A stretch of DNA of 64,000 nt from Octopus sinensis. Taxonomy: Eukaryota. The position numbers and the translations under genes were made by a program. Under the pieces are notes generated by a model. The model made no database searches and had not been told where the DNA came from. It saw only the letters and a list, made by a program, of their open reading frames with translations. The DNA is taken from assembly GCF_006345805.1 (NCBI RefSeq), contig NC_043000.1, forward strand, positions 48,112,001-48,176,000, in the 5' to 3' direction. Below, piece by piece: positions 25,716 through 39,089 of this stretch; within the stretch, counting starts at the first letter, position 1, and each line of letters opens with the position of its first letter.

Positions 25716-25927
25716 TTACTCTTTTACTTGTTTCAGTCATTTGACTGTGGCCATGCTGGAGCACCGCCTTTAGTCAAGCAAATCGACCCCAGGACTTATT
25801 CTTCGTAAGCCTAGTACTTATTCTATTGGTCTCTTTTGCCAAACCACTAAGTTACAGGTACGTAAACACACCAGCATCTGTTGTCAAGCGATGTTGGGGG
25901 GACAAACACACAAACACACACACACAT

Positions 25928-25979
<52 letters not shown>

Positions 25980-26077
25980 GATGGGCTTCTTTCAGTTTCT
26001 GTCTACCAAATCCACTCACAAGGCTTTGGTAGGCCCAAGGCTATAGTAGAAGACACTTGCCCAAGGTGCCATGCAGT
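25716..26077 (-). mobile_element. SINE family A, 5'-truncated
   Basis: Reverse complement of 28169-28564; further fragments at 26228-26320, 26545-26722, 26980-27143. Confidence 0.85.
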
Positions 26078-27141
26078 GGACTAGTGGAAGATCAAGGATG
26101 GGACAGCTGAAGATAAAGAGGGCTGCACTAGAAGCTTGCTGGTACTCATTTTCAGCTGAGTTCAAGGGTATATATTATCACCTGGATCTGCTAGGCTACA
26201 TACCTTCAAAAACCAGATACAGCAAGGGCTATAGTAAAAGATACTTGCCCAAGGTGCCATGCAATGGGACTGAACTCAGAACTCAAGCATATCTTTGTGA
26301 AGCTTCTCCACAGTGCAACCCTTCCTGTACCTATATCTGTATGCTGGAATTCAGCTTATTGGATTAAATTCCTTTGTGTTTAAGTCCTACTGAGTCAGTT
26401 TTGTTCCTCATCCTGTCAAGGTTGATAAATAATGCATCAGTCCAAGATAGCAAATGTTTAGCAGTATCTATTCCATCTTTAACTGTTTGGATTCCAAATC
26501 CTATTGCAGTGAAATAACTACCTCCAGGTGGACTATCTTATATCTTTTACTTGTTTCAATCATTAGACTGTGGCCATGCCAGAGCACTGCTTTAAAGAAT
26601 TTTAGTCAAAGAAATCTACACCAGTACTTATTTTAATTTTCATTTTTCATGCCTATTCTATCAGTCACTTTTGCTTAACTGCTAAGTTATGGTTACATAA
26701 ATACACCAACGCTGGTTGTCAAACAGAGGCACATTGAACACCACCCTCATATACATACATACTTATATCATTTAATATACATAGTATTTAAAAGAGAGCT
26801 ATTAATAGTTTAATGCCCTACAGATAATAATCTAGCAGATTTATATTGCATGCCATGTGCCTCCAAGCAATCCTTCAAGCTCAGTGCATGCCATTAGACC
26901 TATTTGAAAACCATGACACTGGTCTATGAGAAAACATCAGGAAAAAAGCTAGAAGAAGGAAGATGAGAAGATATATACATGGTGGGCTTCTTTTAGTTTC
27001 CATCTACCAAAACTACTCACAAGGCTTTGGTTGGCCCAAGGCCAGAGTATAAGAGTCATGTCCAAGGTATCACACAGTAGGACTAAACCTGGAACCATGT
27101 GGTTGGGAGGTAAACTTTTTACCACACAGCTACACCTGCAC

Positions 27142-27147
<6 letters not shown>

Positions 27148-27187
<40 letters not shown>

Positions 27188-27441
27188 TATTGTAATACAA
27201 TTTTTCTGAATTTTCAGATTTTTCTATATGCTAGGCTACTGGTTTTAAATTGATGTTAATTAAATTAGTATTCAATTTATCACCCTCATTATTTAAATTT
27301 ATATATATACATATATATATATATGTATGTATATATGTACGTATATGTATATATGTATGTATATATATGTGTATGTATATATATATATGTATGTATATAT
27401 ATGTGTATGTATATATATATATGTATGTATATATGTGTATG

Positions 27442-27472
<31 letters not shown>

Positions 27473-27502
27473 ATATATATGTGTGTGTGTGTGTATATAC
27501 AT

Positions 27503-27537
<35 letters not shown>

Positions 27538-27540
27538 AGG
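27148..27540. repeat. (TA)n/(TATG)n/(CA)n microsatellites
   Basis: Direct read. Confidence 0.9.
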
Positions 27541-28168
27541 CCCAAACTCAAGACTTAATTTCGTACTGAAAAATGACAATTATAGAAACTACACAGTTGA
27601 CAACTATGATGATGAATGCATTAGCTCACTTGAGTTATTTCCCTTCCCTCATTTTAAAAAAATTTCTTCTTGTTTTTATTTTTGTTTTTGTTAGTTATAT
27701 ACAAAAAATGTGCTAACTACTTTGAGACAGTCTGTCTTTTTTTGCAACTCAACTATTTAGTAAAAAAAGAAAAAAGAAAAAAATAGCCGAAAAGATTGAT
27801 GACTTTTGACTTGGCGTAGAGCCAATTCTGGTACAAGGAAAGTTTGTTTAATCGACTTCATCAAATATATAACTGGCACTTATTTTATCGACCCTTCAAT
27901 GTTTAATTGCAGTGGCTGCTGAAACGAAAGTAAACACTCCACCACTGCTTGTCTTGCTCACTGCACTCTATCCCTCTAGTTGTACTTGTTTGGCAAGTAG
28001 AATTAGTATTTTATTTTCAGTTGCATGAATATAGTATTAGTTTGTGTGCTCGCAAGCCTATGTTTGTTTAAATGTACCTGTGTGTGTGTGTGTATGTATA
28101 TGTCTGTGATTATGTGTTGAATAATTATCAAATAAATAAAAAAAAAAATTATAGTAATTATAATAATA

Positions 28169-28564
28169 AGCGCAGGAGTGGCTGTGTGGTAAGTAGCTTG
28201 CTAACCAACCACATGGTTCCGGGTTCAGTCCCACTGTGTGGCATCTTGGGCAAGTGTCTCCTGCTATAGCCCCGAGCTGACTAATGCCTTGTGAGTAGAT
28301 TTGGTAGATGGAAACTGAAAGAATCCTGTCGTATATATGTATATATATTTATAAGTGTGAGTCTGTCTTTGTCCCCCTAGCATTGCTTGACAACCAATGC
28401 TGGTGTGTTTACGTCTCCGTCACTTAGCGGTTCGGCAAAAGAGACCGATAGAATAAGTACTGGGCTTACAAAGAATAAGTCCCGGGGTCGATTTGCTCGA
28501 CTAAAGGTGGTGCTCTAGCATGGCCGCAGTCAAATGACTGAAACAAATAAAAGAGTAAAGAGTA
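28169..28564 (+). mobile_element. Full-length tRNA-derived SINE family A
   Basis: Head GCGCAGGAGTGGCTGTGTGGTAAGTAGCTTGC...CCGGGTTCAGTCCC; internal microsatellite; (TAAAAGAG)-like tail. Confidence 0.9.
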
Positions 28565-29516
28565 TAATCTTTTGAAGTTTATGATAATATTAGTTAGTCG
28601 TTCTAATATGCTTCATCTAATGCAAGGTCTTTTTATTTTGCTCTTGCATTTGGCTCCTGAGTTTACAATAGCACCACCATCCAATATTCCAATTTAAGAA
28701 TTTGAAAGCACATTCAGCTTGTAATGTATTAATTATTAAGCAAACTTTGGCTAAAACAACCATATGAATACATTTCTACACTGATTAACAGGTTATTTGA
28801 CTATTGATGTACTTTTTATTAGACATACATACAAATGGTATGTACATACATATATACATATGTGTTTGTGTGTGAGTGTGTGTGTATTTGTTGCGGTTTT
28901 TTTTTTTCGTTTTCGTTTTAGTACTCTGCTCTGGTGTCGGATAACAAATTGAAATTTGGTTCTAACATTTGTATTGAGAAAATCTGTAAAATAAGAAACA
29001 AATTTAAGGTTGTTTTGCAATTCAATTAGATACTTATTAAAATAACAATAATAATAATAATAATAATGATAATAATAATGAAGAAATAAAGGAAGTGAAA
29101 TGAAATCAAATAAAAAGTGAAAACATTGATCATTTTAGATGTTTTTTTTTTATATTTGTTTGTCTGTTTGTTTGTTTTTTCTTTGGCAGATTAGGTTTTC
29201 TACAACTTTCAAACCAACTAATCAACCTAGAACTGATCAATTATTCAAAGTGGAGACTCAACACAATTTTATTGATACAAAAAAAAAAGAAAAAAAATTT
29301 AAAGCAGAAATGTTACATTCATTGTTTTACACATAAAAACAACATTTGACACAGAAAATATGGTTGTATATAATAAAAGAAAAATAAGTAAAAATACCTC
29401 TAAGATATTGTTCTAGTTGATATTGCTTAACCCTGGGTCAAGTCTTACTGAATAAATCTATGGAGAAATGCTGTTCCAGTCATGATGAGACTGTCCCAAT
29501 TGTCATCTTATATACC

Positions 29517-29805
29517 TGGCAGAATCATTAGCATGCCAGGTGAAATTTTTAGGGGCATTTCGTCCATCTGCTTTCTGAGTTCAAATTCCATTGAGATAAA
29601 CTTTGCCTTTCATCCTTTTGGGGTTGATAAAATATATACCAGCTGAGCACTGGGTAGGTGGGGGGTCTTAATGTAATCAACTAATCCCCTCCCTGGAAAT
29701 TGCTGACCTTGTGCAAAAATTTGAGCACTGGGTGGGTGGGGGGTCTTAATGTAATCAACTAATCCCCTCCCTGGAAATTGCTGACCTTGTGCAAAAATTT
29801 GAAAC
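29517..29805 (+). mobile_element. SINE family B with internal 78-bp tandem duplication
   Basis: 29645-29722 repeated at 29723-29800 with 1 mismatch. Confidence 0.85.
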
Positions 29806-31889
29806 CAGCATTTAAAGCTTCCTCCCTTTGCTTAATTAGTAGAGTGTGAACTGCTAAACTACACAGTCCTAATTCAGCCTTAATTGACCAGATCAATGAT
29901 TGATGACAGCTGATGTTCTGAACATGACCATCCCTGTCTTTTATAACTGTGAGACCTATGTTGTTTTATGGGCCTTATTTTTATGAGGGTAAGATATGAT
30001 TCCAGTGAATTTAGAACATTGTTTCTAAGACATCAAGCAACAATGTTTCTGCTTCCTGGTTGGTTTATTGTTGTAGTGACTGTTGTTGCTGAAGGGTAGC
30101 AATAATCAGTTTCTACAACCACATGCAAGCCCCTTTACAAATGAATTTCTATTCAGCTACTGAGAGCAAATCCCCTTAGTTGCTGTTTTCAAATTAAGCA
30201 ACTGATCAAGATGGCAACCAGCATTAATTATGTGTTGCCTCTCAATTGTTTAGGAAACTAAATTTAATAGAAATGTCTTAATTGTATTCCTCCTATATAT
30301 TGCTTCCTAATATCTTGAGAGGTTTGAATTAAACTCAGTACAAATTTGGAGATAATTAATTAAATTAATGCCATCAATTTAAATATTAAATAGGTTGTTA
30401 TTGTTGTTCAGCCTCAAATTAGTCCTAATCAAGCAAGCTTCTCATCAAAGGCATTCCGATTATGACCAACCCATCCTTTTTATTAGATTCACTCTTCCCT
30501 CATTATTTTGTGATTTGAACAAGATTTTGCTGCTATGTTTAGCATGTTCAGCAAATATGTAAAAACTACCTCATTGACCTTGGCTCTCATTGAAAAAAAA
30601 ATAAAAACAACTTGCAACCAAAGGTATCCTAAACATGCCCATCACATTTTATTTTCAACCCCAGAATGTATAGTACTACATTATCCTATTTAATCTTATA
30701 TATATAACCTCTTTTGTAAGATAGTTAATTGTGATTTGAGGAAGATATGATTGCTGTTTATGGCAGTCAAATTTATTTATAGTAGATTAAGCAAATCACA
30801 GGGTTTCCCTTGTTTCAATTTAAACAGGTAACTTTACAAGACTACTCAAAAATATAGTTTTGTCTACCTTAACTTGAAGTGTATCCCAAAAAAAGAAAAT
30901 GAAAGAAGGTTACATTTGCTGCAATTCAATGTAACCAATATTTAAAAGTGGAACTTAGTTCTGCCTTACTGCAGATTCAATTAAATGCATCATAATGCAG
31001 TTTGCATTAGGAATATTGTTGTTGACACTGTGTGGCTCAACATCTACCTTCACTGAATAGACATAAGATCTTACATCTTTAGCTATCAACATCTTAGCCT
31101 TTTTTTCTGTGGTTGCTTATCTTGAACTATGTTATCTTATATGTACCTTTCTCTTTACAAAATAATCAGCTTGAAGTTTTAAAGAAGATTTGATTTGACT
31201 ACTGTTTCTAGCAAACTGAAGTATCACATAGGAGGACATTCATTGGCATGTAGTGAGCCATCATTTTTTTTTCTCTCCAAAATCATCGTGAGAACTGAAC
31301 TATATATTGTAAACTAGTGGGAATGTTCAGAGACTACCGTGTTATCATTCAGGATTCAGTTTGGAACTTGATGAAGAAACTGAATCTCTGAGCAGAATTA
31401 TGAACAAGAACATACTCCTAAATATTTGAAGACTGTATTAGATCATGAATGTCTCATGAATAAAACATGATTTTTCTGAATAATATTCATTGATAGAGAA
31501 CAGGTATCTGTCATATATGTAAATGTTGGTCAAATAATGCTATCTTCCAATGATGCTTTAGCGTGTGAACATCACTCCTTATTACCATTTTTCATTCCAG
31601 GTGTTCTTTCATCCAGGATAAAAGGATGACAAAAAATCCTTACCTGACAGGATATAACTAGAAACTGGTTGATAAGGCAGAATTAGAAGAGTGGCACACA
31701 ATACTTTCATAAATTCTTTGCATCCTTATGTTTTGAATTTGAATCCATCCTACTGAAATTAACTTATTTCTCACTCTTGATAAAATAAGTACTAGTTAAA
31801 AACTGGAGTCAGTTTAATCAAGCAAGTACCCTCCCATGAAATATGTTTGGCTTGCTATCTAAGTTAGAAATTAGTATTAGGATATATAT

Positions 31890-32059
31890 GTGTAGGAGTG
31901 GCTGTGTGGTAAGTAGCTTGCTAACCAACCACATTGTTCCGGGTTCAGTCCCACTGCGTGGCATCTTGGGCAAGTGTCTTCTGCTATAGTCCCGGGCCGA
32001 CCAATGCCTTGTGAGTGGATTTGGTAGACGGAAACTGAAAGAAGCCTGTCGTATATATG

Positions 32060-32096
<37 letters not shown>

Positions 32097-32264
32097 TTGT
32101 GCTTGTCCCCCTAGCATTGCTTGACAACCGATGCTGGTGTGTTTATGTCCCCGTTACTTAGCGGTTCGGCAAAAGAGACCGATAGAATAAGTACTAAAGG
32201 CGGTGCTCCAGCATGGCCGCAGTCAAATGACTGAAACAAGTAAAAGAGTAAAAGAGTAAAAGAG
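31890..32264 (+). mobile_element. SINE family A with internal deletion
   Basis: Aligns to 28169; lacks the segment between TAAGTACT and AAAGGCGG. Confidence 0.9.
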
Positions 32265-35199
32265 ATGAACCAACTTCACAGCAGGAGGTGCAGATGAGGG
32301 CAGCTGCATCGAACTCTCTCATGCACCAAATGGCAATTGCTAAAAAGCATTCGTGAAGTAAAATCATGTAGCAACACCAAATGGCAGTGCCCCAGCATGG
32401 CCACAGCTTGTGAGCTGAAACTAGATAAAAATAAAAAATTAAAATAAATAAATAGAATAGACTGCTAATGATAGTATATGTCTGTCAAATACTGAATTAG
32501 AATGGAAGTTAAAACAACATGCATTTTGAGAATTTATGCCATAAGATATGGTTTTATGTTAATATTAATAGGAAGAATATTAAAATTATAAAGTAAATAT
32601 GATTCCAAATGACAGGATTATTTTTCTCATCTTGATATCAATTTTTCTGTGCTAGCTTAAATTGGAAAAATGTGCAGTACATTTTATGTGCCTATATTGA
32701 CATAGCAGCTAATAGTTTCACCATAGCTGGTCCTTCTAAGCTGTAACATCAAGAAAGCAAATTTTTTTTTTCCATCATTGTTATCTCAGCCATCAAAGGA
32801 TAAAAGTAGATTAGAACTGTTTGCTTGAAGAGCCACTTACAGTGAGACATGTAGTTGTAATTTCAATGAAGAATAAGCCAATTGTTGAATAAAAATATCA
32901 GATTCTTTACTGCTTGTTATCTGATGCTTAGCATTTTCAGAACTAACCTCACCACCTAACACTTTGGTTTCTTTCGTCTATTATAATAAGCACCTTTTAT
33001 TCTGAATGCCTCATCCATTCCTATTACAGCTTTATATCAATGCAAACAAATTCCCGAACACTTCAGGCAACACTTTTAATACAACCAGCTATTGTTGTTA
33101 TTGATTAGCCCAGGGTAAGTCGTGATCCATCACACTTATGATCAAAGTTATTCCAGCTATCATTACTCTACTTCTTTCTTTTATCAGGCATAATTTATCT
33201 GGGGCAGTATATCTCAGCCTCTCTTAGTATTCCTCCCTCTTTAATCAATCGTGCATCAGGATTTCTCTTGACAAATATATAAGAGAAATGTAGCTTTGTA
33301 TACATCACTATTTATTACATAACATTAGCAGTATTATGTGAATTCGACATTAGCATCTTAAAATTCACGTTACGAAAAATATATCTAACAAAAGCAATAC
33401 AAATAATTGTAAAGAATTTTTCAGTCTTAAAGCAGTTTTCTCACTTGAGTCTCCAAATTTTCTCTTGCAATCCTGAAAGTTTCCCAGTTGAGGAATTGCA
33501 TATCTAGTGCTACATTATCCTATATATAGTTCTCTTTTTTCTAAGATGATAGGATGAAATTTGCAAATCTAGCAGGCTGAGTGACGACATCAAAGCTCTT
33601 TTATTGGCTCGAGGATTACCATAGTTTGGCACAATGGTGACTTGTATCATTATTGATGTGTAATCCCTAATCTTCTTGGAATCGCTTACTTTCACTTTCA
33701 CAATTGCTTATACATAGTGCTTCTTATGAATTGACTGTGCATGTCCAGGGGATTTAATCTACTAATTCTCTCGCCATCTACTGCATATTTTCAATACTCA
33801 TCATTCTTTCTAATAAATAAAGTGAAATAGTATTTTATAAAGAAATATTTGCTATTTTGAGGAATTTTCTTAAAATTCTCTTTAAACAAAATTGTACTTT
33901 TCAGCTGTAATATTTACAATGATCTCTTAAAGCAAACATATAAAAGTAAAATATGTTCAAATAACAAAAATGCTTGATTTGTAAAATATCTCGAAATAAA
34001 TTTGAGTTAATAAACAAAAGTTTGATAAAACAAAAAAATTGAAGAACATAGAGAAAAAAAAACAGCAGATAAATATAATATAATATACAATAATGCACAA
34101 TGATGAAAAATAACTCTCTCAAGAATCTCTATGTAAATTCCTGCTGGGAAAAAAATATTTAATGTTTATCTTAACTGTCACGAAAAGTGAGCTCTTCTCA
34201 TATCCATCGTGTTCTACACTTTATAAAGTACATACTTTTTCAAAAGAGACATTCCACTGGTTACTGAACCAGACAATGAAAACAAAGCATATAAGAAAAT
34301 GACATAAAATTTACTTAGAAAAGACAAATGAATTGCTATACTATGATATATTTTGTATGTTACATGAAGCTATTTCTGTAAATGTTGACAGAATTTAGAC
34401 AACTGACAGTTACATTTTCAGATCTACTATAGATATTGATAGAAAGATTGGTCTTACTTTGGAAGAGGAAATCATAAAGTTTTAGTTCATCTTCCATGAT
34501 TTTTACCTTTACTCTGAATGCTTTCTGTTGAGGGAAATAAAAACATATCTAAGCAAGCAATTAACGAATGTGAGTGGCTTTATAAAAGCCAAAAAACAAA
34601 ATAAAACTGTGTATTATATACTCTCTCTTGCCTTTTTACTCATGCTTTCATACTATTTTTATTCCGATATTTTATTCTACCCCACCCACCTCTCTCTTTC
34701 TCTCTCCTCTTCTTATTTCTCTCCCTCTCTTCCTTCCCTATCTCTCTCCCTCTCTCTTTTCCACCTGTTGTCTTGTTTCACTTTATTTTATTATTCACAT
34801 TTGCATACACCACACACACATACATACATACAAGCAAGCAAACAAAATGTAGAATATCATCTTTTACATTCTCTTTCTCCTAGTCATCATCATTGTCAAC
34901 GTCAACATATTCTTCGTACCGACAAGTCTTTCTCATCATCATCATCATCACCACCACTGTCGGCAGTATACATTTTACATGCACTTATCCATGACAGCAA
35001 ATATTAATCTGTTCATTTGTCTCTGACAGTAGAATATATAAATGTCAATCACTTATATGGCAGGTATTATTTGGAAATCATCTCATTCTTCACCACACTG
35101 GTGATTACGTAAGAGCTCTGTGCTTCAGCAGACTAGTTTACCAAGGTTAAAAATTAATGCTTGGTAAATGAACCGAACCTCTCACTACCTTAATTTATA

Positions 35200-35613
35200 G
35201 CTATTTTTATAGCATTTGTTCCAGCTCTTTACATTCTGTGTTCAAATATTGTTAAGGTCAGCTTCACCCTTCATCTTTTTGGGGGTTGATAAAATAAAGT
35301 ACAAGTGAAGTACTGGGGCTAATGTACTCAATTAATCCCCTATATAAAAGAAAAACATAATGCTGGTCTTATGCTAAAATTTGAAACAGTTATTATTATT
35401 ATTATTATTATTATTATTGTTGTTGAATTATTGACAAGGTGATGAGCTGGCAGAATCATTAGCATGCTGGGCAAAAATGCGCAGCAGCATTTCATCTTTC
35501 CTTATGTTCTGAGTTCAAATCCTGCCAAACTCAACTTTGCCTTTCACCCTTTCGGGATTGGTGAAATAAGAACCAGTTATGCACTAGGGCTGATGTAATT
35601 GACTACTCCACCC
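35200..35613 (+). mobile_element. Two tandem SINE family B copies separated by (ATT)n
   Basis: Cores at about 35270 and 35540. Confidence 0.75.
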
Positions 35614-35629
35614 CTCTCCTGATGACCCC

Positions 35630-36115
35630 AAGTGTACGGGGTCATCAGGAGAGAATGCTTGCCGTTTAGGGGCCTACCTCTCAATAGTATCATTGCACAC
35701 TAGCCCCACTCACTGATATGAGCCCCCCCCCCCCCACTGCTAGATCAACTGGCTATCAAATAAAGCTCAATATTCTCCTAGCCACTGCTCATCATCTCTT
35801 TTTAACTAAATCTAGAGGCTAGTCTTTTCCATTGTAATTTGGATATCATTCGTGGTGGTATTTACTTTACGATGAGTTAGACCTAATGATAACAACAGTC
35901 GCATCACACCGTGTCCAACAAATCCTTACATCCGACCTCAGATGGAAAATGCTCTGCTTTCCAGCCTGCATCTTCACATTCCATGAGAAGGTTTACATAA
36001 TGGTCAATCTTTCGAACCCAAGCAGCGTCCTTGTTATCTTCACGAGGAACCTTTAACTCAAATAGATTCACCACATTACTTCTTTCACACCAGATTATAA
36101 TGTCCAGTTTTTCAT
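35630..36115 (-). mobile_element. HERO-like non-LTR retrotransposon 3' fragment (RLE domain + 3' UTR)
   Basis: DIIIWCERSNVVNLFELKVPREDN..RKIDHY..LLMECEDAGWKAEHFPSEVGC (PD..ELTVPWE..RK..Y..GW...PVEVGCRG pattern). Confidence 0.75.
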
Positions 36116-36240
36116 AACTGTGATGAGAAAGAGCCCTTGGCACCCTGATAAATCTGCAGCCACCTCCCAATAGCTGTTCCACTTTGCATCATTCACAGGA
36201 TTATTATTGTTATGAGAATAGTACCGTATCATCCTTTGAG

Positions 36241-36560
36241 TACCCTATCATCCTAGTAGTTGTAGGGGTACTCAAAGCACTAATAACCAACTTTGAGAAA
36301 TAAGTCAAAGAAACTAGAATTGACATGAGAGTAGAGCAAGCCAAAAAAACTGCTCTGCTGGGAACAGCTAGGATTTTGTGATTGGTATTTGGATGTTGAC
36401 TCTCTCCCACAATAATTAACAACCAAGTATCAAAACTTATAATGTGCAGAGAGAGACCTTGTAAAACCTCTAACAACAGGCTGCTGTCCGCTCTCACAGA
36501 ATCAACAGGCGCAGACAAGAACATTCTGGGAAGTAAAACAACAACAATAATAATAATAAT
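36241..36560 (+). mobile_element. R4/Dong-like RLE non-LTR 3' end
   Basis: PIILVVVGVLKALITNFEK*VKETRIDMRVEQAKKTALLGTARIL*LVFGC* then UTR and (AAT)n tail. Confidence 0.7.
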
Positions 36561-36774
36561 CCTTTCTAATATAGGCACAAGGCCTGGAATTTGTAGTGAG
36601 GGGAGTGGTTGATCACCTCGACACCAGTACTTGACTGGTACTTAATTTATCGACCCCAAGAGGATGTAAGGTAAAGTTGACCCCAGTGGAATTTGAACTC
36701 TGAATGTAGCAACAGATGAAATATTGCTAAGCATTTTGACTGGTATGCTAACAATTCTGCCAATTTGCCATCTT
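36561..36774 (-). mobile_element. SINE family B
   Basis: Reverse complement of core (CTGGTACTTAATTTATCGACCCC). Confidence 0.8.
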
Positions 36775-38725
36775 AATAATAATAATAATCATTATTATTA
36801 TTGTTATTATTATTATGTTTTCAAATATTCAAAAAAATTTTGAGCTTAAACATTACAATATTAAATTTTTTTTAAATTTAGAAATGCTTCAAAGATAAAA
36901 ATAAATACCAATGGAAATAGTGTATGACCTAATCCATTAGATCCTTTCCTTTATCTGTTAAAACATATCAAATCTATCAAATATGTTGATAAAATAATGT
37001 AGTATTACAAAGAATTCCTGAGAAGTTTTTCTCTTATAAATTTTTTTTTCTTTTCGTATTTTTTACTTCCATATGTAACCTTTATGGTTTTAGATGAACA
37101 AAATTCCAACTTCAGTGATGTCTGCAAAAACAATACATCAACTAAATTTGCTCTAACATGTAATTTCTTTTAAAGTCATTTTCCATCTTTCTTTCTGTGA
37201 GATTTTTTTTTGTTTTTGTATTTAAAATCCAGATAAAGAAAAAATAAAATACCATTTTAAAAAAGAAGAAATAGAAAAAAAATCTAATATGAGATTTTAT
37301 ATTTTACATTTGTCTTGTGTAGATTTAAATGTAACCCAAATATACTTCAAGAAAAGTGAAATTAAAATAGAAAATAAAACTTATGTATGATGTAATATGG
37401 AAATATTTTTATTGCACAGAGGTTAAATTTTAAATCTAATATAGTTAGAAATGTGCTTTTGATTGATGAATTTAGGACAAATTCAATATATTTAAGAATT
37501 TTCTTAAAATATACATATATTTTAAAGATATCTCAAGCTTTAATACAGCTATACTTAACCTTTTAAAAAGTTGATCTTACTTTTGAGCTGCAGAAAAACA
37601 AAACAGCAAAAAGAAAATGACAAGAAATTATAAAATTAAATCAAAGGTATTTCAAATGAGCCTGCAAGTTCAAGAAGTCAAAAAGATTATCAAGCTTCAA
37701 GAAAATGAAAAAAACTGTTATATATACATAAAAACAAGGCTATAAACATATTTAAAACCTACAAGTTTACACATATGATGGAGCTTATAGTTCCAAATAA
37801 TATAAGTGTTGTTTGAGAAGAATTGCCAAGAATGTGGATATGTCAGTTTGACATTTCTGATTAACTACATTGAATATTCTAAAGTTGCTTCTATTCTTAA
37901 CTTCCCAACATCTATTTTTTACTTCAATTTCAAAGAAAAGAAACTATTCATTATATTTATATTACATCATATTGTTATTCTTGTGGAGAAGTTTGATCTT
38001 TAAAATTAACTTTTGATATCAGTTCCCTTTCTTGTAATTTCAAACTGGGTAGAAAAAAAATTTGGTACTCATTGATGTTATTGATATATATATATATGTG
38101 TGTAGTACAGAATTTATAGAATAAATGGCAATGATCTGGATTCAATAATTTACAATTTCCAGATTTAAATTATCATCAAGTCACAACAGTTCTGGTTGTT
38201 TTTGCTTCTTGGTTTCACCAATTTTAATTGACTTTCTTCAGTTAAAGAATACTTTTGAATATTTCATGAATAAGAAGCATAACATGAATTTAAAGAATCC
38301 TGAAACTGAAAGTACAAACCAGTAATAATAAGCAAGTTAAATATCATGATTAAAATGTAAATTTACCTAAAATGCTTTTTAATAGGGTGAAACTACCTGA
38401 TGATGAGCTATATCCCAATCAGCCCACTTTTCACAAAGGTTGGCCATGAATGGTAGAAGACCAAAAGGCAGCAGAAGGAGAAAATTAATAATGTTCTAAG
38501 TTGTTGTAACCCATGAACACTTTCAATCTATATTTGGAACATTTACATTTCACGTGTTTTTATGTTGTTAATTGTTATATGATGGAAAAAGCATAATGAG
38601 CATGCTTTCCTTATTTATCTACTTTTATAATTAAATCAAGGGGTAATTGTTCTTAATTAATATATTTCAAATTTTCCATTCATAATTAAGTTACATGTGT
38701 AATTTTAAAGCTAATAAATAATATA

Positions 38726-39080
38726 CAGGGGCTGGACAAAATAATGGAAACACCTTAAAATTTTAAACAAATTTATTTTAATATGGGGTAGGACCACATT
38801 TGGCTGTAATTACAGCTTGAATTCTACATGGTATGGTCTCGTACAAAGTTTGAAGTATTTCCAAAGGAATTTTTGTCCATTCTTCAGCTAAGACTGTCTT
38901 CAGTTCTTTTAGTGATGATGATGGAGGATATCGACTCCTTATTTGTTTTTCTGAAATGCACCATAAATGTTCAATAATATTAAGATCTGGGGACTGTGGT
39001 TGCCAGATAATATGTTCAACTTCACTAAAATGTTCCTCATGCCATTCAGTAACAAATTTAGCTGTGTGAATCGACCAGGA
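38726..39080 (-). mobile_element. Tc1-like transposon right end (transposase C-terminus + TIR)
   Basis: HTAKFVTEW...WQPQSPDLNIIEHLW...LAEEWTKIP...IPCRIQAVITAKCGPTPY* (stop 38778); TA + TIR CAGGGGCTGGACAAAATAATGGAAACACC at 38726-54. Confidence 0.9.
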
Positions 39081-39089
39081 TAAATTATG

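Larger units (their letters stand above)
29400..33230 (+). repeat. Cluster of old, diverged copies of a short interspersed repeat (GTTGTT..CCCAGGTCAG..ATGATCAAAGG..GATTTGGCTGCTATTTCTAGC)
   Basis: Remnants near 29420, 29870, 30410, 30600, 31030, 33100; also 22540, 41305, 41590, 46520. Confidence 0.55.

Noticed and set aside
31352-31430. GFSLELDEET, resembling the hAT FSLQLDEST motif
   Set aside because: Single short motif with no flanking hAT features.
34120-34524. Kinase-like reading QITSGMSLLKNRNLHRD obtained by splicing three candidate exons
   Set aside because: A stop follows almost immediately, spacing is one residue short, and no other kinase motifs were found; probably chance.
35614-35700. 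Hammerhead in HERO 3' UTR (CTGATGA plus GAA(A)C-like)
   Set aside because: Stem II arms are not complementary, so no hammerhead topology forms.
38232-38438. Plus-strand candidate exons LKNTFEYF... / VKLPDDELYPNQPTFHK (similar candidates at 13043, 37594, 43916, 54401)
   Set aside because: Weak donors, no recognisable homology, and open frames of this length are expected by chance in AT-rich DNA.
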